Shown here: in pieces, positions 1 through 12,600 of the stretch
Numbering within the stretch: position 1 is the first letter of the stretch
Layout of the letters: the number at the start of each line of letters is the position of its first letter
Assembly: GCA_951804945.1 (NCBI GenBank)
Contig: OX638151.1
Coordinates: 73,160,001 to 73,224,000, forward strand
Length of the DNA stretch: 64,000 nt
Direction of reading: 5' to 3'
From: Podarcis cretensis
Taxonomy: Eukaryota
Translations under genes and position numbers: made by a program
The notes under the pieces: model-generated
Database searches by the model: none
Told to the model about the DNA's origin: nothing
The model's input: only the letters and a program-made list of their open reading frames with translations

Positions 1-559
1 ATTTTAGAGGCTATTCCCACTCCAGCTGCTACAGGTTAGTGTCTCTGAGCCCCTTCAGATAGTGCCCCACAGATGGCATTTTTGAGCAGCTGTAAACTTT
101 TGGATTTCGTGCTCCCCTCCCCTTCTGTACTCCTTCACACAAGGAAAGAAAATGTAAATATTTCCCTCAAGGTTTCTAACAAATAACAGTGTCACGTTTT
201 ATCCAAATAAAAGAAACCATGGTTTGACATCCTGGTTCATTAACTAATTGTGGTTTGGATGTTGCAGTTTCACATATTTGGACAAAACAGGAAACTCTTC
301 AAAATTACAATCAGATGTTCTATAGCCTCCTGAAAGCAGACAGGCACTGCGGCTCATGTACATAATGCTAAAGCCATGATTTGTGTTTTGTCTGGGCCTA
401 TACATCCAGCATTACCTAGAATCTATAGTTTTGCCCTCTGCTAGGAGCAGAAGAGCCTCTGGTGACAATTGTAAGCTTGACATACTGATCAAAATCTGAA
501 TATTAAATAGTTGTGTGCTAAAAAAATGTACCCTGCAATTTTATTCACCAATTAATGAG

Positions 560-792
560 AAAATAAATGTATGAATTACCGTAATTTTTAAAAATACAAT
601 AAAACAACATCCCTCAAATAATTTACAACAAATTGTAGTAACAGGAAAGTATAAAAATTACAGCGGACTGATGCAACATAACCCTTTAAAATGCCTGAGC
701 AAATAAAGAAGCTTTAACCTGGTACGGAAAATACTGCCATGTTGGTGCCAGGCTTACCTTGCTGGGAGAGCATTTTAGAGGTAGGGTGCATC
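560..792 (-). mobile_element. Degraded L2 LINE 3' end
   Basis: aaatgcctgagcaaataaagaagctttaacctgg...gggagagcatttt resembles the reverse complement of the L2 ORF2 terminus, with an AT-rich tail to its left. Confidence 0.45.
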
Positions 793-1499
793 TCTAAGGA
801 AAGTACCTCTTTTTAGAACATACATAACATACCTCCTTGAAGGAAGACATGTGGGGAAAATTATAAAGGAGATAACACCATCCCAATTAAAATGGAGGAA
901 AAGAACTTGTTCAATATAAGCAGAAATTAGGTTGCCAATTTTTTTACCAGGCCAGACCCACATATTAACGATTTGTATGCAATTTGCAGCCTCTGAACTT
1001 CCTCCATTTTGAAACTGTTCAAGGTGGACACCCTTATATTACCATATATTTCCTCACTGCCTTCTTCCTCATGCTTCAAACCTTAGCCCCACACTTTATT
1101 TTCATTTTTATTTGCGCAAAGATGCATTTTTGACACTATTTTGAAATTGGCACACCAGAGAAATATTCAAGCAGCCTTTTTTTCCTGTTCTACTGCCTGG
1201 CGTGTGTATGAATTCAGCCTGTTCCTCCTGCCAGCAGTATTACAAATCATAACTCATGCCGTCAGCCCTTGCCACACTGGAGCACATTTTCTGCTTCATT
1301 CATCACCGTCAGGGTCTTATGAACGAGGATGTGTTCAGGCAGGTCATACAGTAAAGAAACCACTGAAGTGAAGCTGCCTAGAGTCCTGGTTAATAGTTCA
1401 TGATTTCTACAAGAAATTCAATTACGGGGCCAGAAGAGGGCTCAGGCTTTCCCTCAGCAATCTTCGCAGCATCCTGATGTTGTTCTTTTGAGGCACACA

Positions 1500-2135
1500 T
1501 ACAGCCTCAAAGGTCGTCCAGTCCAGTCGACTGTTGATGCCAGAAATCTGCATCTATAGCCTCCCTAATAGGTGGACATCCATTCTCTGCTTTAAAAACT
1601 TTTAAGAAGAGTCCACTGCCATCCAAGTTGAACAGTTAATGCCATCAGGAAGTTCTTCTTAATGTTTAGCTGACAGTATTTTTAAAAAACGTATTAAAAC
1701 TTAATTTAACTTATCGCTTTCCTTGTAACGTGAACCCTTCGGTTTAAGGTGCTCCATCATCTATGTGAAGATGGCTATCACATTGTGTCTTCCCCAGGTG
1801 AAATACACCCAGTTCGTTCATCCTCTTCTCACAGCACCTTGTCCCCAGGCCTTTCACTGTCGTCATCACCTTCTTGTGTTCCAGTAGTTTGCTGACACAC
1901 TTCTTAAACTGTGGTGACCAGAACACCATACTTCCACTGAAGTCTGACCCAAAGAAGAATAGAATAGTACTGTTTCTTTTCATGACCTGGACATGATATG
2001 TCTGTTGTTGCAACACTGCTGATGCATTAAGCCTTTTTAGCTGCTGTATTGTTCTGCTGACAAATAACTTGTAGTCTATTAAACCCTCTGCATCTTTCCT
2101 TCTAAGATTTACTGCTATAAAGCCAGGTGTTCTGT
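1500..2135 (-). mobile_element. Degraded CR1 LINE 3' fragment
   Basis: Minus-strand FWSPQFKKCVSKLLEHKKVMTTVKGLGTRCCEKRMNELGVFHL is a decayed form of the CR1 ORF2 motif FW.PQFKKD.DKLERVQRRAT.M.KGLE...YEERLKELG.FSL. Confidence 0.75.
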
Positions 2136-3459
2136 GAGAAGGACTGACGGCAAGGCTCAACCACACAGCCTGCATTCATTTGAGTACTCATGTGCAAAGT
2201 GTTTTCCTCTCACCATTTTGAGCGGCTTCAGATATACCAGGATGCACAAGTGTTGTGCTTTCTGCTCTCTGTGCTTAAGTGTCCACAACTTAACATTCGC
2301 ATCTGCAACTGATGTGTGTAATGCGACTGGGACATATCAATGAATTTCTCCACACAATAGGCAGGGGTTAGCAACAGCATGGAAAATAGTTAGCATGCCC
2401 TGCGCAACATGTATGAGCCAGCCGTCTTTCCTGGCACAAGCTACAAAAACAAGGAGATTGCTGCCACTACACCATTTTTACTGCTCAATTCACACCAGTC
2501 TTTCCTCATGTGATCATACAAGTATGTGGCACAATTCATTAGAGTGTGAATCCTTTGTGCAATAAAGTTTCCTCTAAATCCAAAATGTGTGTGCGAGTTT
2601 GTTCTTTCTTAACTCCAGGGCACTCCGCAGCACACGTACTGCTTCCATGCCCAGCTGTTTCACACATGTACAACGCTCACTCAGCTGCTTACACAGCATT
2701 AACATATGATACCCTTTTCCCACAGAAAGAAAAGGCTAAGCCAAATCGGTTATATCATCTACCACAAGTTGAACAAAATGAACTAACAGTTATATATCCT
2801 TTCGCTGCATTGATTCCAGTGGGTTTTTTTAACTATCAAAACCTTTGCAAAATATTTAGGATGAACACATTCTCAAACTTGAGCTCTATCCTGAAAAGAA
2901 ACACAGACTGTGTGCCTTATGTTTTGCCAGTCTATGATCTTCTTCATTTCTAAAGGCAATGGAACCATGGAATAGTAACAAGGCCAACAACTGGGAATAG
3001 TTTTCCTCACTTGGCTGCCATATTCTTGCAAACACCGTCTGGAAAACTTTTGGGAGCAATCAGGGAACCAGAAGACAGCTGTCAGCTCACAGTGAGAAGT
3101 CTGCCTTGCATAATATCATTTTTTATTGTTGGAGAAATTGCCTGAGAAATAAACATGCCAGGTTTGCAAAAATTAGAAAGTATTTTTAGGTCTGATATGA
3201 AACTGAAAATGGATCACTTTTTCAGTAGAAGAGATAAGCTTCTCTCTCTCATACTGAAATCAGTGGTGCTACAAAAGTGCATTGCATGGTGATAATAATA
3301 ATCTGCTTAGCATTCTGCAGTATGATCCTCACCTTGTTTACTCAGAAATAAACCCTACCAAGTTCAAATGGGGCTTTCTCCCTGGTAAGCTTGTTTAGGA
3401 TTGAAGCCCTTTTTGCAGAATGCTGTATAAGCTTGGGTTTGCTCTCACAACATAAAAAA

Positions 3460-4062
3460 AAGTAGTATAAACACTGACAACTGGGAAACACAGGCCTGCG
3501 AGCGCTTCAGTTGAAGAACAGCCTTTACCAAAGGTGTCATGGGCTTTGAAGACACTCAAAGAAGAAGAAGAGGAGTTTGGATTTGATATCCCGCTTTATC
3601 ACTACCCGAAGGAGTCTCAAAGTGGCTAACATTCTCCTTTCCCTTCCTCCCCCACAACAAACACTCTGTGAGATGAGTGAGGCTGAGAGACTTCAGAGAA
3701 GTGTGACTAGCCCAAGGTCACCCAGCAGCTGCATGTGGAGGAGCGGAGACACGAACCCGGTTCCCCAGATTATGAGACTACCGCTCTTAACCACTACACC
3801 ACACTGGCTCTCTCAAACTCAGGACACAAGGGAGAAACGTGCTAAGAAGAAGGCAAGCTTGTCAAATCCACACTGTGATCAACTCCCGCCCGGAAACCAA
3901 TGTCCCCACTGTGGAAGGACATGTGAATCCACAGCCTCCACAGTCACTTATGGACTCACTGTTAAAACCATGTTTATGGAAGACAATCTTACTCGGCTAC
4001 GAGTGATTGCCGAAGAAGAAGAAGAAGAAGAAGAAGAAGAAGAAGAAGAAGAAGAAGAAGAA
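3460..4062 (+). mobile_element. RTE-clade LINE 3' end with (GAA)n tail, interrupted by a SINE
   Basis: Reads WETQACERFS*RTAFTKGVMGFED / TQDTREKRAKKKASL...CPHCGRTC, the RTE ORF2 C-terminus with a zinc-finger remnant. 3'UTR ends in ~17 GAA units. Confidence 0.75.
3561..3811 (-). mobile_element. tRNA-derived SINE (Squam3/CORE-like), full length
   Basis: Minus-strand A box TGGTGTAGTGG and B-box-like GGTTCGTGTCT; (CTT)n tail; TSD CTCAAA at 3555-3560 and 3812-3817. Confidence 0.85.
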
Positions 4063-4210
4063 GCTAGGCAAGTCACAATGGCTGCAATCCCTGTACATAT
4101 TTATCTGGGAATGCACCCCATTGATCTAAATGTATTTTATGTTATCATTTTGTGTTTTTATGTTGTGAACTACCCTGTGATCTTCAGATGAAGAGCAGTA
4201 TACAAATTTA

Positions 4211-4211
<1 letters not shown>

Positions 4212-4246
<35 letters not shown>
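4212..4246. repeat. (TAA)n microsatellite, tail of a short retroposon remnant
   Basis: Direct reading. Confidence 0.9.
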
Positions 4247-4247
<1 letters not shown>

Positions 4248-4924
4248 GGATTTACTGTTGAACAGACATGTATAGGATTGTGTTGTATAATTCTGAGGAC
4301 TGAGACTGATATGCAGTAATGTCAATAGCCACATAATGAGCCACACAAAGGTTGATTTTAATCCAAAGGCCAAAGCTAAGTTCTTCCCTCAACCTTCCCT
4401 CAGTGCCTTTGTTTTATTGCCTATGGCAATATAATTATAGGAGAAGCCAGGAAACAAGCCACAAAGTTAGCTCTGAAGGGCCTCCTCCTGATCTCATGCT
4501 TCATGGAAGAGGGTCACTGAATTATTTATGATTTGCAAAGCACCTTTAATTTTCAGCCTTCCACCTGTGCATGTATCTTACCTGTCCAATAATCTCTAAA
4601 TGACTCACTGCTAGATATCCAACATTTCCAACAATGGTGGTACAGTATTAAAAGATACAGCTCCTGAGAACAAGAAATTTAATTTCAAGAAGAATGCCTG
4701 CACTGGGCTTATCAAAATGAAATGTGTTTTAAAAAAATACTGTGAGGTAATACATACACAGAGGACCATCCCTACCATTTGTTATGGCTGCCTCAGGCAG
4801 CAGAGGCTGAGGGAAAGGAAACAATGGTGAGGTGTTAGAGGACAGAGAGGAATGTGCCATGGGGTGGTTTGCCTTGCCCAAAGCTTGCCTGCTGCTCACC
4901 AACACAAGGGAGGACACTGGCCTT

Positions 4925-4925
4925 T

Positions 4926-4967
<42 letters not shown>

Positions 4968-5303
4968 TTTTTATTTATACCCCACCTTCTCCAGCCAAGA
5001 TGGGCTCAGGGTGGCTAACATCAAATATAAAATACATTAAAACACAATTGAACAATTGATTAAAATACAGCTTAAAAATTAGAATCAGGATAAAATTAAA
5101 TGATTGCCCACGAATTACAACCATAGGGGTCAGGAACCTCAAGCATTCATCAGGGCCAGCTATCCATGTTGGTCCCACATGAGCCAATAAAAGGGCCAAA
5201 GAGGTAACTTACAGGGTCCCATAGAGGGGGGTCAAACTGGCCCCGGACCGAAGGCCAGGCGGAACAACTCCATCTTGCAGGCCCTGCAGAAAGATGTCAA
5301 GTA
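4925..5303 (-). mobile_element. L2 LINE 3' end with (TTAC)n tail
   Basis: Shares tcttgcaggccctgc.gaaagatgt.aagt and the terminal stem with the copies at 11898 and 61423. Confidence 0.8.
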
Positions 5304-6099
5304 ATAATAAAGTTGCCAGGCCGGTCAGCTTCTGTATATGAAATTGAGGTGTGAGGCTTGTTTTTTGCCTCAGGCAGTAAAACATCTTGGGCCAGTCCTG
5401 CACGCACAACTATAACCATTTTCTTTTTATTTAAATAATAAATAGCAAAATATTCTTACTAGCAAAAATTAGGCTGAAAATTGTGATGCTTTTCATTTCA
5501 GCTTCCCCACTTCACCAGCAAACAGGAACAAGGTAAGTACTCTTCAAAATGGAGAATGAAGACTCTCCTCACATTTCTAATCACCATTGCTCTTTGCTGA
5601 GGCCCTTCCACTGATTAAAGATGTTTAGTTCGTTAATCATATTCCTTTTAACTGATTTAATCAAAGAGTAAGTACATTTAAAGAGATGTTCAAAATGCTT
5701 CAAATAATAAAACAAAAATGCTCTTCCGTCTCAGGGCCAAAGTTGACAAGAGCAGACCCTGTTGTCTGACAAGCATGACAAGCAGCCAGTCTTCCTTCCA
5801 ACACTGAAGCAGTAGAGGTGGGTGGGATCATCCAAGAAGTTGCTAGGAAGGAGAGGAATGCTTGGCATCTGGGTGGCGAAGGGTTCTGAAATGCCTCAGA
5901 CACACAGGGCCAAATCAGCAGTTCCATACAACCCTCACCCACCTGTCTAGCTTCCAAACAGAAAAAAGCAAGAGGGGAAGAGTTGACACGGCTGTCTCAA
6001 GGCTCTCTATGCATCTTTGTGCAGCAACACTCAACAGTGCACACTCCTGCCATCACTGTCCACCTTCAGGAAGACGTGGATACTATCCGATGTGGGAGA

Positions 6100-6225
6100 A
6101 GCCAAAGTGGTGTCCTTCAGATGTGGTTGGGCTGCAACTCCCATCATTCTTGGCCATTCACTTGTCCACCTGGGCTGATGGGAGTTGGGAATCCAGCAGT
6201 GTCTGAGAGGCACCACGTTGACTGC
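6100..6225. mobile_element. Short palindromic hAT-like MITE (related copies at ~16778-16850 and ~33440-33560)
   Basis: Internal inverted repeat caactcccatca...tgatgggagttg. Confidence 0.55.
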
Positions 6226-6879
6226 ATCTGACCTGATGGAATAGGTGCAGCTTCTTCTGTAGTTCTGCTGCAGAGATGGGGGTGGGGGAAAACACCCCAC
6301 AAGCTTCTGCCAGCACACAGCTTTTCTAGGTTTCCCAGGATTGGCCACATTAAAACCAGGCTGTTGTGCCATGTTCCACTTTAAATTATATACTTTATAT
6401 TGAAAGATGTTTAAGTCTTGTTGCTTGGGGTTTTTTTTTTAATCACACATTTTTACAAACGGCACCTAAAACCAAGCCCACTGATGTACACCTCACTTTT
6501 CAACAATAAAATTAACACCCATCATATCCTAACCTGAAAACTCTCATATTAGCATTTAGAATTGTACAATGTAGTAGCGTATTTGTAGCTAATGTACTAA
6601 TATTTGATTCAGCTGTTCTACCTTCTCCCACTCTGTAACACAAAGTGAAGATCTTCATACTTCTTCTCTGTCAGAAATTAAAGCAGAATCCCCTCTTCTC
6701 CCACTTCCCCGAACAGCTGAAAGAAAAAGAGCTTCGCCTCCTTAGACAATCTCTCGTCAATTTTTAACGTCGTTCTGCTCTCTTATCGATTGCATTTCCC
6801 CCCTTGTCTGCCCTCTGGGCTTTTCAGAAAGAGGCGTCCCACTCTGTTTTTGTGTGATTTGCATAGACTGTTTTACTTC

Positions 6880-7041
6880 CTGGTACAGACGAAGCCTGTT
6901 CAGCAACTTACCTGGCAGAGGAAGGCAGAGGAAAACAGAGAGAGAAAAGGGAGGGGAAGAGAAGAAGTCCTAAGAGAAGAAGGACCCTAGCAAGGCTAGG
7001 GTGGTCCTCTCTGCCTCCCTAGTCATCTTCTGGGGTCTAAG
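6880..7041 (+). other. TRAF3IP2: Probable non-coding first exon / promoter region of TRAF3IP2 (5' boundary uncertain)
   Basis: Consensus donor AAG|gtaagt at 7042, an ETS-like ACTTCCTG at ~6875, a purine-rich leader and a few CpGs. The first coding exon starts with an acceptor, so an upstream exon is required. Confidence 0.5.
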
Positions 7042-8804
7042 GTAAGTTCTCAAAGGTCCTTCCACCCCACTTCCTTATATATTTCTCACTAGCTGCTGAC
7101 CCACTTTCTCTCATGTGGTTCTTCTTCTCTGTCTGGGTGTGCTCTTCTTGGTTGCCAATTCTCTCCAGTAGCAAAGGGTCTGTGCTTAAGAGCTTTGGTG
7201 ACCACTTTGCAGGTAGTTATATCCGATTATCAGTGGGGAAAACAAAAATTTTGAAAACACAGAAAGTTTGCTTCTGTTGTCCTGTACATCTGCAGTACTG
7301 TCGTGGGGAAATGTCAGGCCTTGCTACAGCAGATCCTCACAGGTTGAGAGACCATGGCTGCGATTCTTCTGCTCCTCCGTATATGCAATGCAAAATGAGC
7401 TTACTTAAACATATGGGTGTGAGAAGTGTCGACCTCTGTATGGCTTCCAATTTGTAATGGATTTGGTATTTTCAAAAGGTGTGTTTTTACGGTGCTCACA
7501 AGTGATTGCTACTAGTTAAATGGTTAAGCAAATTAGTAATGTTAGTGGATTTAGTTGTCAGAGATTAATAAATAATACAAGATAACAAATAGAAATACAT
7601 TAATAAACAACACACACTTTTTATGGGAGAGGGACATTGTCACAGACCTATAGCTGAAGAAGGTTGTCGCTAGGGTTCCATGCCTTAGATTGCTAAATGT
7701 TACTATGAAATATGCAGAACTGAGTGCTGTTGAAAGCAGAATAGTGAGATTGATAAATAGTTCTTTTGGACATGCGTCTTTTGTCCTGTACCCTTTTTAA
7801 TTTAAGAAAAATGCTGTGACAAAAGCATATGAAGGCAAGTGTAATTCTCTTATTCCCTCTGCCCCCCCTCTCTCTCTCTCACACACACACACACATATAT
7901 ATATATTCAATAGTCTGCTTCATCTCTTTTCTTCACATGCCTGAATCCTAGCTATGGGCCTGTCTTAAACAGCATGAAACTGAAGGCCTTTGAAGTGGGA
8001 GGAATTTACCTAGTACGCCATTCTTCACTGTGCATTCTTTCTCTTCCTGTCAGAAAAGGTTTAATCAAAAGCAGGCTGGTTTAGCGAGGCCTGTTCTTTG
8101 GAAATCTTGTAGGCCGGCACAAGTCTTTAAGCAGGAAACTACACAGATTTCAAAAAATCTATGTGAAGAATTGTACTAAGCAGTGTGAATTTGGAACTGA
8201 GCATGAGAGTAAGATGTGATCTTTCTTAAATGCTGAATCTTATTATGTTGTGCATTTCAGCCATCAATATGAACTCATCCATGATAAATTATTAGCTAGT
8301 TATTAGCATCTGCTTCTCTTACTACTCATCTACCACATCTTGGAAGCCTGAATGACTGTTATCCATTGGCACAGTCATTTAGTTATCAACATTTCTGTGC
8401 CTCTTTCTTTTAGCTAAGGCGAAACTGCTCCCGTGCTTCTAGTGTTTCCTAGTCCTTCAACCATGTTGACAGGCAAAATGTAAGACCTCCTCTCTGTCTG
8501 GGCCTTTTGCAACTCAGATTTAGAACAGCCTACTCACAAGAGCTTGAGTTTTCTGCCAAATCTCTCACTGAAGACCTCCAGAGCAATTTGCAGAAGGAAT
8601 TTGTGTTGCATAATGTAGTTTTGACGAGGAAGGGAGAGAAAACATAAGAGTTAATAGATCCTAAATTTTGTTAATGCAGGCAATTTTGAGCTAGACTGTT
8701 CAAGAGTGTAAGTCAGTATAATGCAAAAACCTATGTTCCCATGCTTTCAAGTATCTGTGCATATGCACGCCTTGAACAGATGATCAGTGCTATAAGTTTT
8801 CATA

Positions 8805-9026
8805 GCAGTGTGCAGTGTGTAACTATGACCGGGGAGACCCTGGGTCAAATCCCCACTTAGCCATGGAAAGCTCACTGGAGAACTTTGGGCCAGTCATGCT
8901 CTCTCAACTTAGTCTACCTCACAGGGTTGTTGTGAGGATAAAACAGGGAAGGGAAAGGACTGTGTATGCCACCTTGAGCTCCTTGAAGGAAAGGTGAGGT
9001 AGAAATGTCACAATAAATTAAATAAA
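8805..9026 (+). mobile_element. tRNA/CORE-type SINE, older and 5'-truncated
   Basis: B-box-like GGGTCAAATCC, core acctcacagggttgttgtgaggataaa, and (TAAA)n tail. Confidence 0.7.
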
Positions 9027-9148
9027 CCATAGAACCATAGAATTGCAGAGTTAGAAGGGACCACAAGGGTCATCTAGCCCAACCCCTTGCAGTGCAGGAT
9101 ACATTTGCCTAAAGTGTCCTCAAACCCACGACCCTGAGGTTAAGAGTC
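9027..9148 (-). mobile_element. tRNA SINE with CR1-derived tail (Squam2-like), partial
   Basis: CR1-type tail catagaa.catagaattg..gagtt.gaaggg and a B-box remnant. Confidence 0.6.
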
Positions 9149-11382
9149 TTTTTTTTTTTTAACATTGGCACTGCAGCACTATTATTACTTCCCTGCCACG
9201 CTGATATATTCATTGTATATTCAGATGACTTGGGAAGTGGAGGGTTGAAGACCGTATTATAGACAGAGATGAGAACTGTTCAAACCAAGATTGAATTACT
9301 TTTGCCCCAATCCTTTGGAAACAAAAGTCAGAATGAACTTTCCTCAAGCTGAGGATACAGTATTAAAATGTTCTCCTGGGTCTTTTTTATTCTCTTCCAA
9401 CATCTCTGTAGTTACAATAAAATATCATTGTGACCATGAAGCAAAAAAGGAAACAAAAAACATTCATTTTAAAAATAAATTGCAGAGTGACTGTCTAGTT
9501 GCAGTGTCCATTTGATCTCACTTTCTGCTACTAATGGGTGCTTTTTTCTTTCCATGTATTTTTTGGTTTTGCAGTCCTTTGGGAAAGGATGAGATTCAGC
9601 CTGATATTTTAGAGGTTAAAGAAAGAAGAGGGGGGACAGGATTGTTCTCTGACCTAGTCAGCAGATTTCCTATTGTATTTCATTTAGGAGTAGATTTTCA
9701 TCATGCCTGTTTATGTTCCTCCAGAGAGAAATACATTTTTAAGTGATTAATTCTGATGATGTGGAGGTTACTACAGTTTAAGTCCACAGGACTCTAGTTA
9801 TGTACAGGCAGTTTTCAGTGGTTTCTCCTCAGCAGAAACTGAAGAAGTTAAATTGGATTTGTTTCAGTTTTAATATTGAACTTTTCCCTTTATGCAACTG
9901 CAAAATGAGTGAGGCTTGAAGGAACACATCAAATCAACTCTACTGGAACACATTATTATTCTTCCAAACTTGGCAAGAAAAATTAACCATGAATAACATG
10001 TGCTTCCTCAAATTAAACGCACGGATTTTTGGACCAGAGAGCTGCACAGGTCAGAATGGAGAAACAAACACTCACTTGTTAGGATCCTAAGTCCTTTAGG
10101 TTTTCCATCTGTGGGTAATAGCAGCTTTCGGAGGGCACTGGCTTGATTTGGGGCTAAAGTGCAAAGGCAAAGGCTTGCACCCTCCCTCTCCTGCATCACC
10201 TTCCAATCCAAATCTGTCACCAACTCCATACTTGGACATTCTGTGGCAAATTTATGTAACAAAATGCATATCTCTTAACTGTAACTAAAACTTCTAAGGG
10301 GTTTAACAAAGAATATTCTCACCTCTACCTAGTTTTATGTGTTTATTGCCTCCATAAAAGAGATGCAATATGGAATTGGAAATTGCTAATTTAGGTAAGT
10401 CACAAGCTATGAAATTCAGGGTATTTTACCCATACACCCAGAGCCCAAATGGATGCTGTAAAATGAAAACTCAGGAGAGCTAAAGTAGGATGTCCTTAAC
10501 AAGTATTAACTCTTGGTTCTGAAGTGTTGTACCATGGAGGACAGTGTCAAACTAAAAACATTTTGAGTAGCAGGGGGATTTATTAATATTTGTGTATCAG
10601 AGACCCTAAAAAGCATGAAAGGTTCTTTGGGAAGGTGTAATAGCTAGAATGGAACAGGGAAGAGTTGCTATTTTATAAATAAAATCATAGTGAAAAAAGA
10701 CGTGGGATGTGTTGGAGACAGTCACAAACAATATATTGCATAAATGAACCTTTTATTAACCTATTATTACAAGAGCCCACTTTTAAGAAAAAAATAGACC
10801 AGAACACCAGGTTCTAAGGATCCAAACCAACACAGCATCTATGGTACAGAAGACTAGATAGGAATGCTGCCACGAGACTAAGAATCCATATTGAGTGATC
10901 AATGTGATCAAAAGTTTAGCTCTGATCCTCAGCTATGATATTTTTGTCTTCCCCTGCGCAGTTGCATCTGCAGTTGGTACATCTATCGACGGATTTCTTT
11001 AAAAATATTGAAATGGCGTCCCTAACAGGTTAGTATTTTTGCTCCACAACTATGCAGAGTTAATTTAATTCTTCAAAAGCCAGTCAACCAGTGATGATAA
11101 AATGCATCGTAATCTCTTGGCTGTCTAATCACGAATCACATCAGAGATGGGTAAACAGTGTGCTGCTTGCTGTGAAAAATTTTCCTTGAAAGAATGCCAA
11201 ATGCCTTCCAACACTGGCATAAAAACACACATCTCACCTGGAGACAGGGGCAATGGGTTGGGTATGAAACAAAAAGATTGGGGGTGAGGGGCCACTCAAT
11301 GTGGCTTGAGCCCAACTTAATTCTGCTTGCAGGTATCTGAGCATAGAATCATAGAATTGTAGCTGTAAGGGATCATCTAGTC

Positions 11383-11848
11383 CAGGGGTTAGTAAACTTT
11401 TTCAGGAGAGGGCTGGGGGGCCAGACCCATCCTCTCCCAAAAGCACACCCCCCCCCCAGAAGGACCCCCCTCTCCGGAAAGGACGCCACGGCTGCCACCT
11501 CATATTCGGCAGCGTCGTTGTCCTCTGCCTCGGCCAGGGGTCCGCAGGATGCAGAGCCTAAGCCGCTGGCCTGGGCAGTGGAGGCAGCCTCCCCGCCACC
11601 ACTGCTTCCTCCCACTTGGCTCTTGGCCATACGTGGCCGCCTCAGTGGGAAGGAAGGGGCATCATCCAGAGGCACCTGCAGCTTCAGATTGGCTGCAGAA
11701 GCTGCGCCAGCGTCACAGAAGTCAGTCCCTGCGCGGCGAGGCTTCCGTGCCAGGCCAGTTTAGCACAAGGACTGACCGAGCGGGTGGCAAGGTTCGCAGG
11801 CCAGATTAAACCACACCCGGCCACCAGGCCTTAGTTTGCTAACCCCTG
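11383..11848. mobile_element. hAT (Charlie-like) non-autonomous DNA transposon
   Basis: TIRs CAGGGGTTAGTAAACT / AGTTTGCTAACCCCTG match at 15 of 16 positions; 8-bp TSD ATCTAGTC / ATCTAATT; GC-rich interior. Confidence 0.85.
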
Positions 11849-11897
11849 ATCTAATTCAACTCCCTGCAATGCAGGAATATCTAGCTGTCCCATATGG

Positions 11898-12440
11898 TCT
11901 CCTGGTATGCCCCATGGAAGACCTTACGGTCTGCAAATAATAGCATATTGGAGGTCCTGGGCTTCAAGGAGATTAGACTGGCCTCAACGAGGCCAAGGCC
12001 TTTTCAGCTGTGGCCCCAGCCTGGTGGAATGCTCTATCACAAGAGACCAGGGCCCTACAGGATCTGACATCTTTCCGCAGGGCCTGTAAGACGGAGCTGT
12101 TCTGCCAGGCCTTTGGCCAGGATCCAGTCTGACTCCCCCTTTCTCCTTATAAGAACTTGCATGAAAGTGGCCCCCCAACTTTTCTCACAGGCTCATACAA
12201 GATCAGTATAAACAGTTAGGCCTGGTGAGCATTTAAGGTCCACATCCCTAATTTGCAGGTTGCCATCGTATTGGATTTCACTTTGATTCTGATTTGATTT
12301 AGGATGTATTTTAATTGTTTGTTTTTATAGTAATACGTTATATATTTGATGTTAGCCGCTCTGAGCCCGGTTTTGGCCAGGGAGGGCAGGGTATAAATAA
12401 ATTTAGTAGTACTAGTAGTAGTAGTAGTAGTAGTAGTAGT
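11898..12440 (+). mobile_element. L2 LINE 3' end with (TAG)n tail
   Basis: Encodes ...ASTRPRPFSAVAPAWWNALSQETRALQDLTSFRRACKTELFCQAFGQ; possible TSD TATGG. Confidence 0.85.
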
Positions 12441-12600
12441 ATGGGGATTGAACCTGCAACCTTGACATTGTCAGCACCATGTTCTAACCAACTGAGCTAT
12501 CCAAGTTGTTCACAAGATCAAACATCTTTGCTTGTATTTTATGCATAACAAATCAATAGACACCTTATACTGTATTTCTTTTCTATTTTTAGGTGCTGCG

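Larger units (their letters stand above)
11342..12503 (-). mobile_element. tRNA SINE with CR1 tail, split into three pieces (11342-11382, 11849-11897, 12441-12503)
   Basis: The pieces join into the same element seen intact at 23611-23775. Confidence 0.8.

Noticed and set aside
9225-9360. Upstream coding exon (MNFPQAEDT) as the counterpart of the human MPPQLQETR extension
   Set aside because: An in-frame join needs a donor after ACAG, but the next bases are TA, not GT. The nearby GT gives the wrong phase.
11373-11834. ORF cluster and a second CpG-island promoter
   Set aside because: It lies within a hAT MITE defined by TIRs and a TSD.
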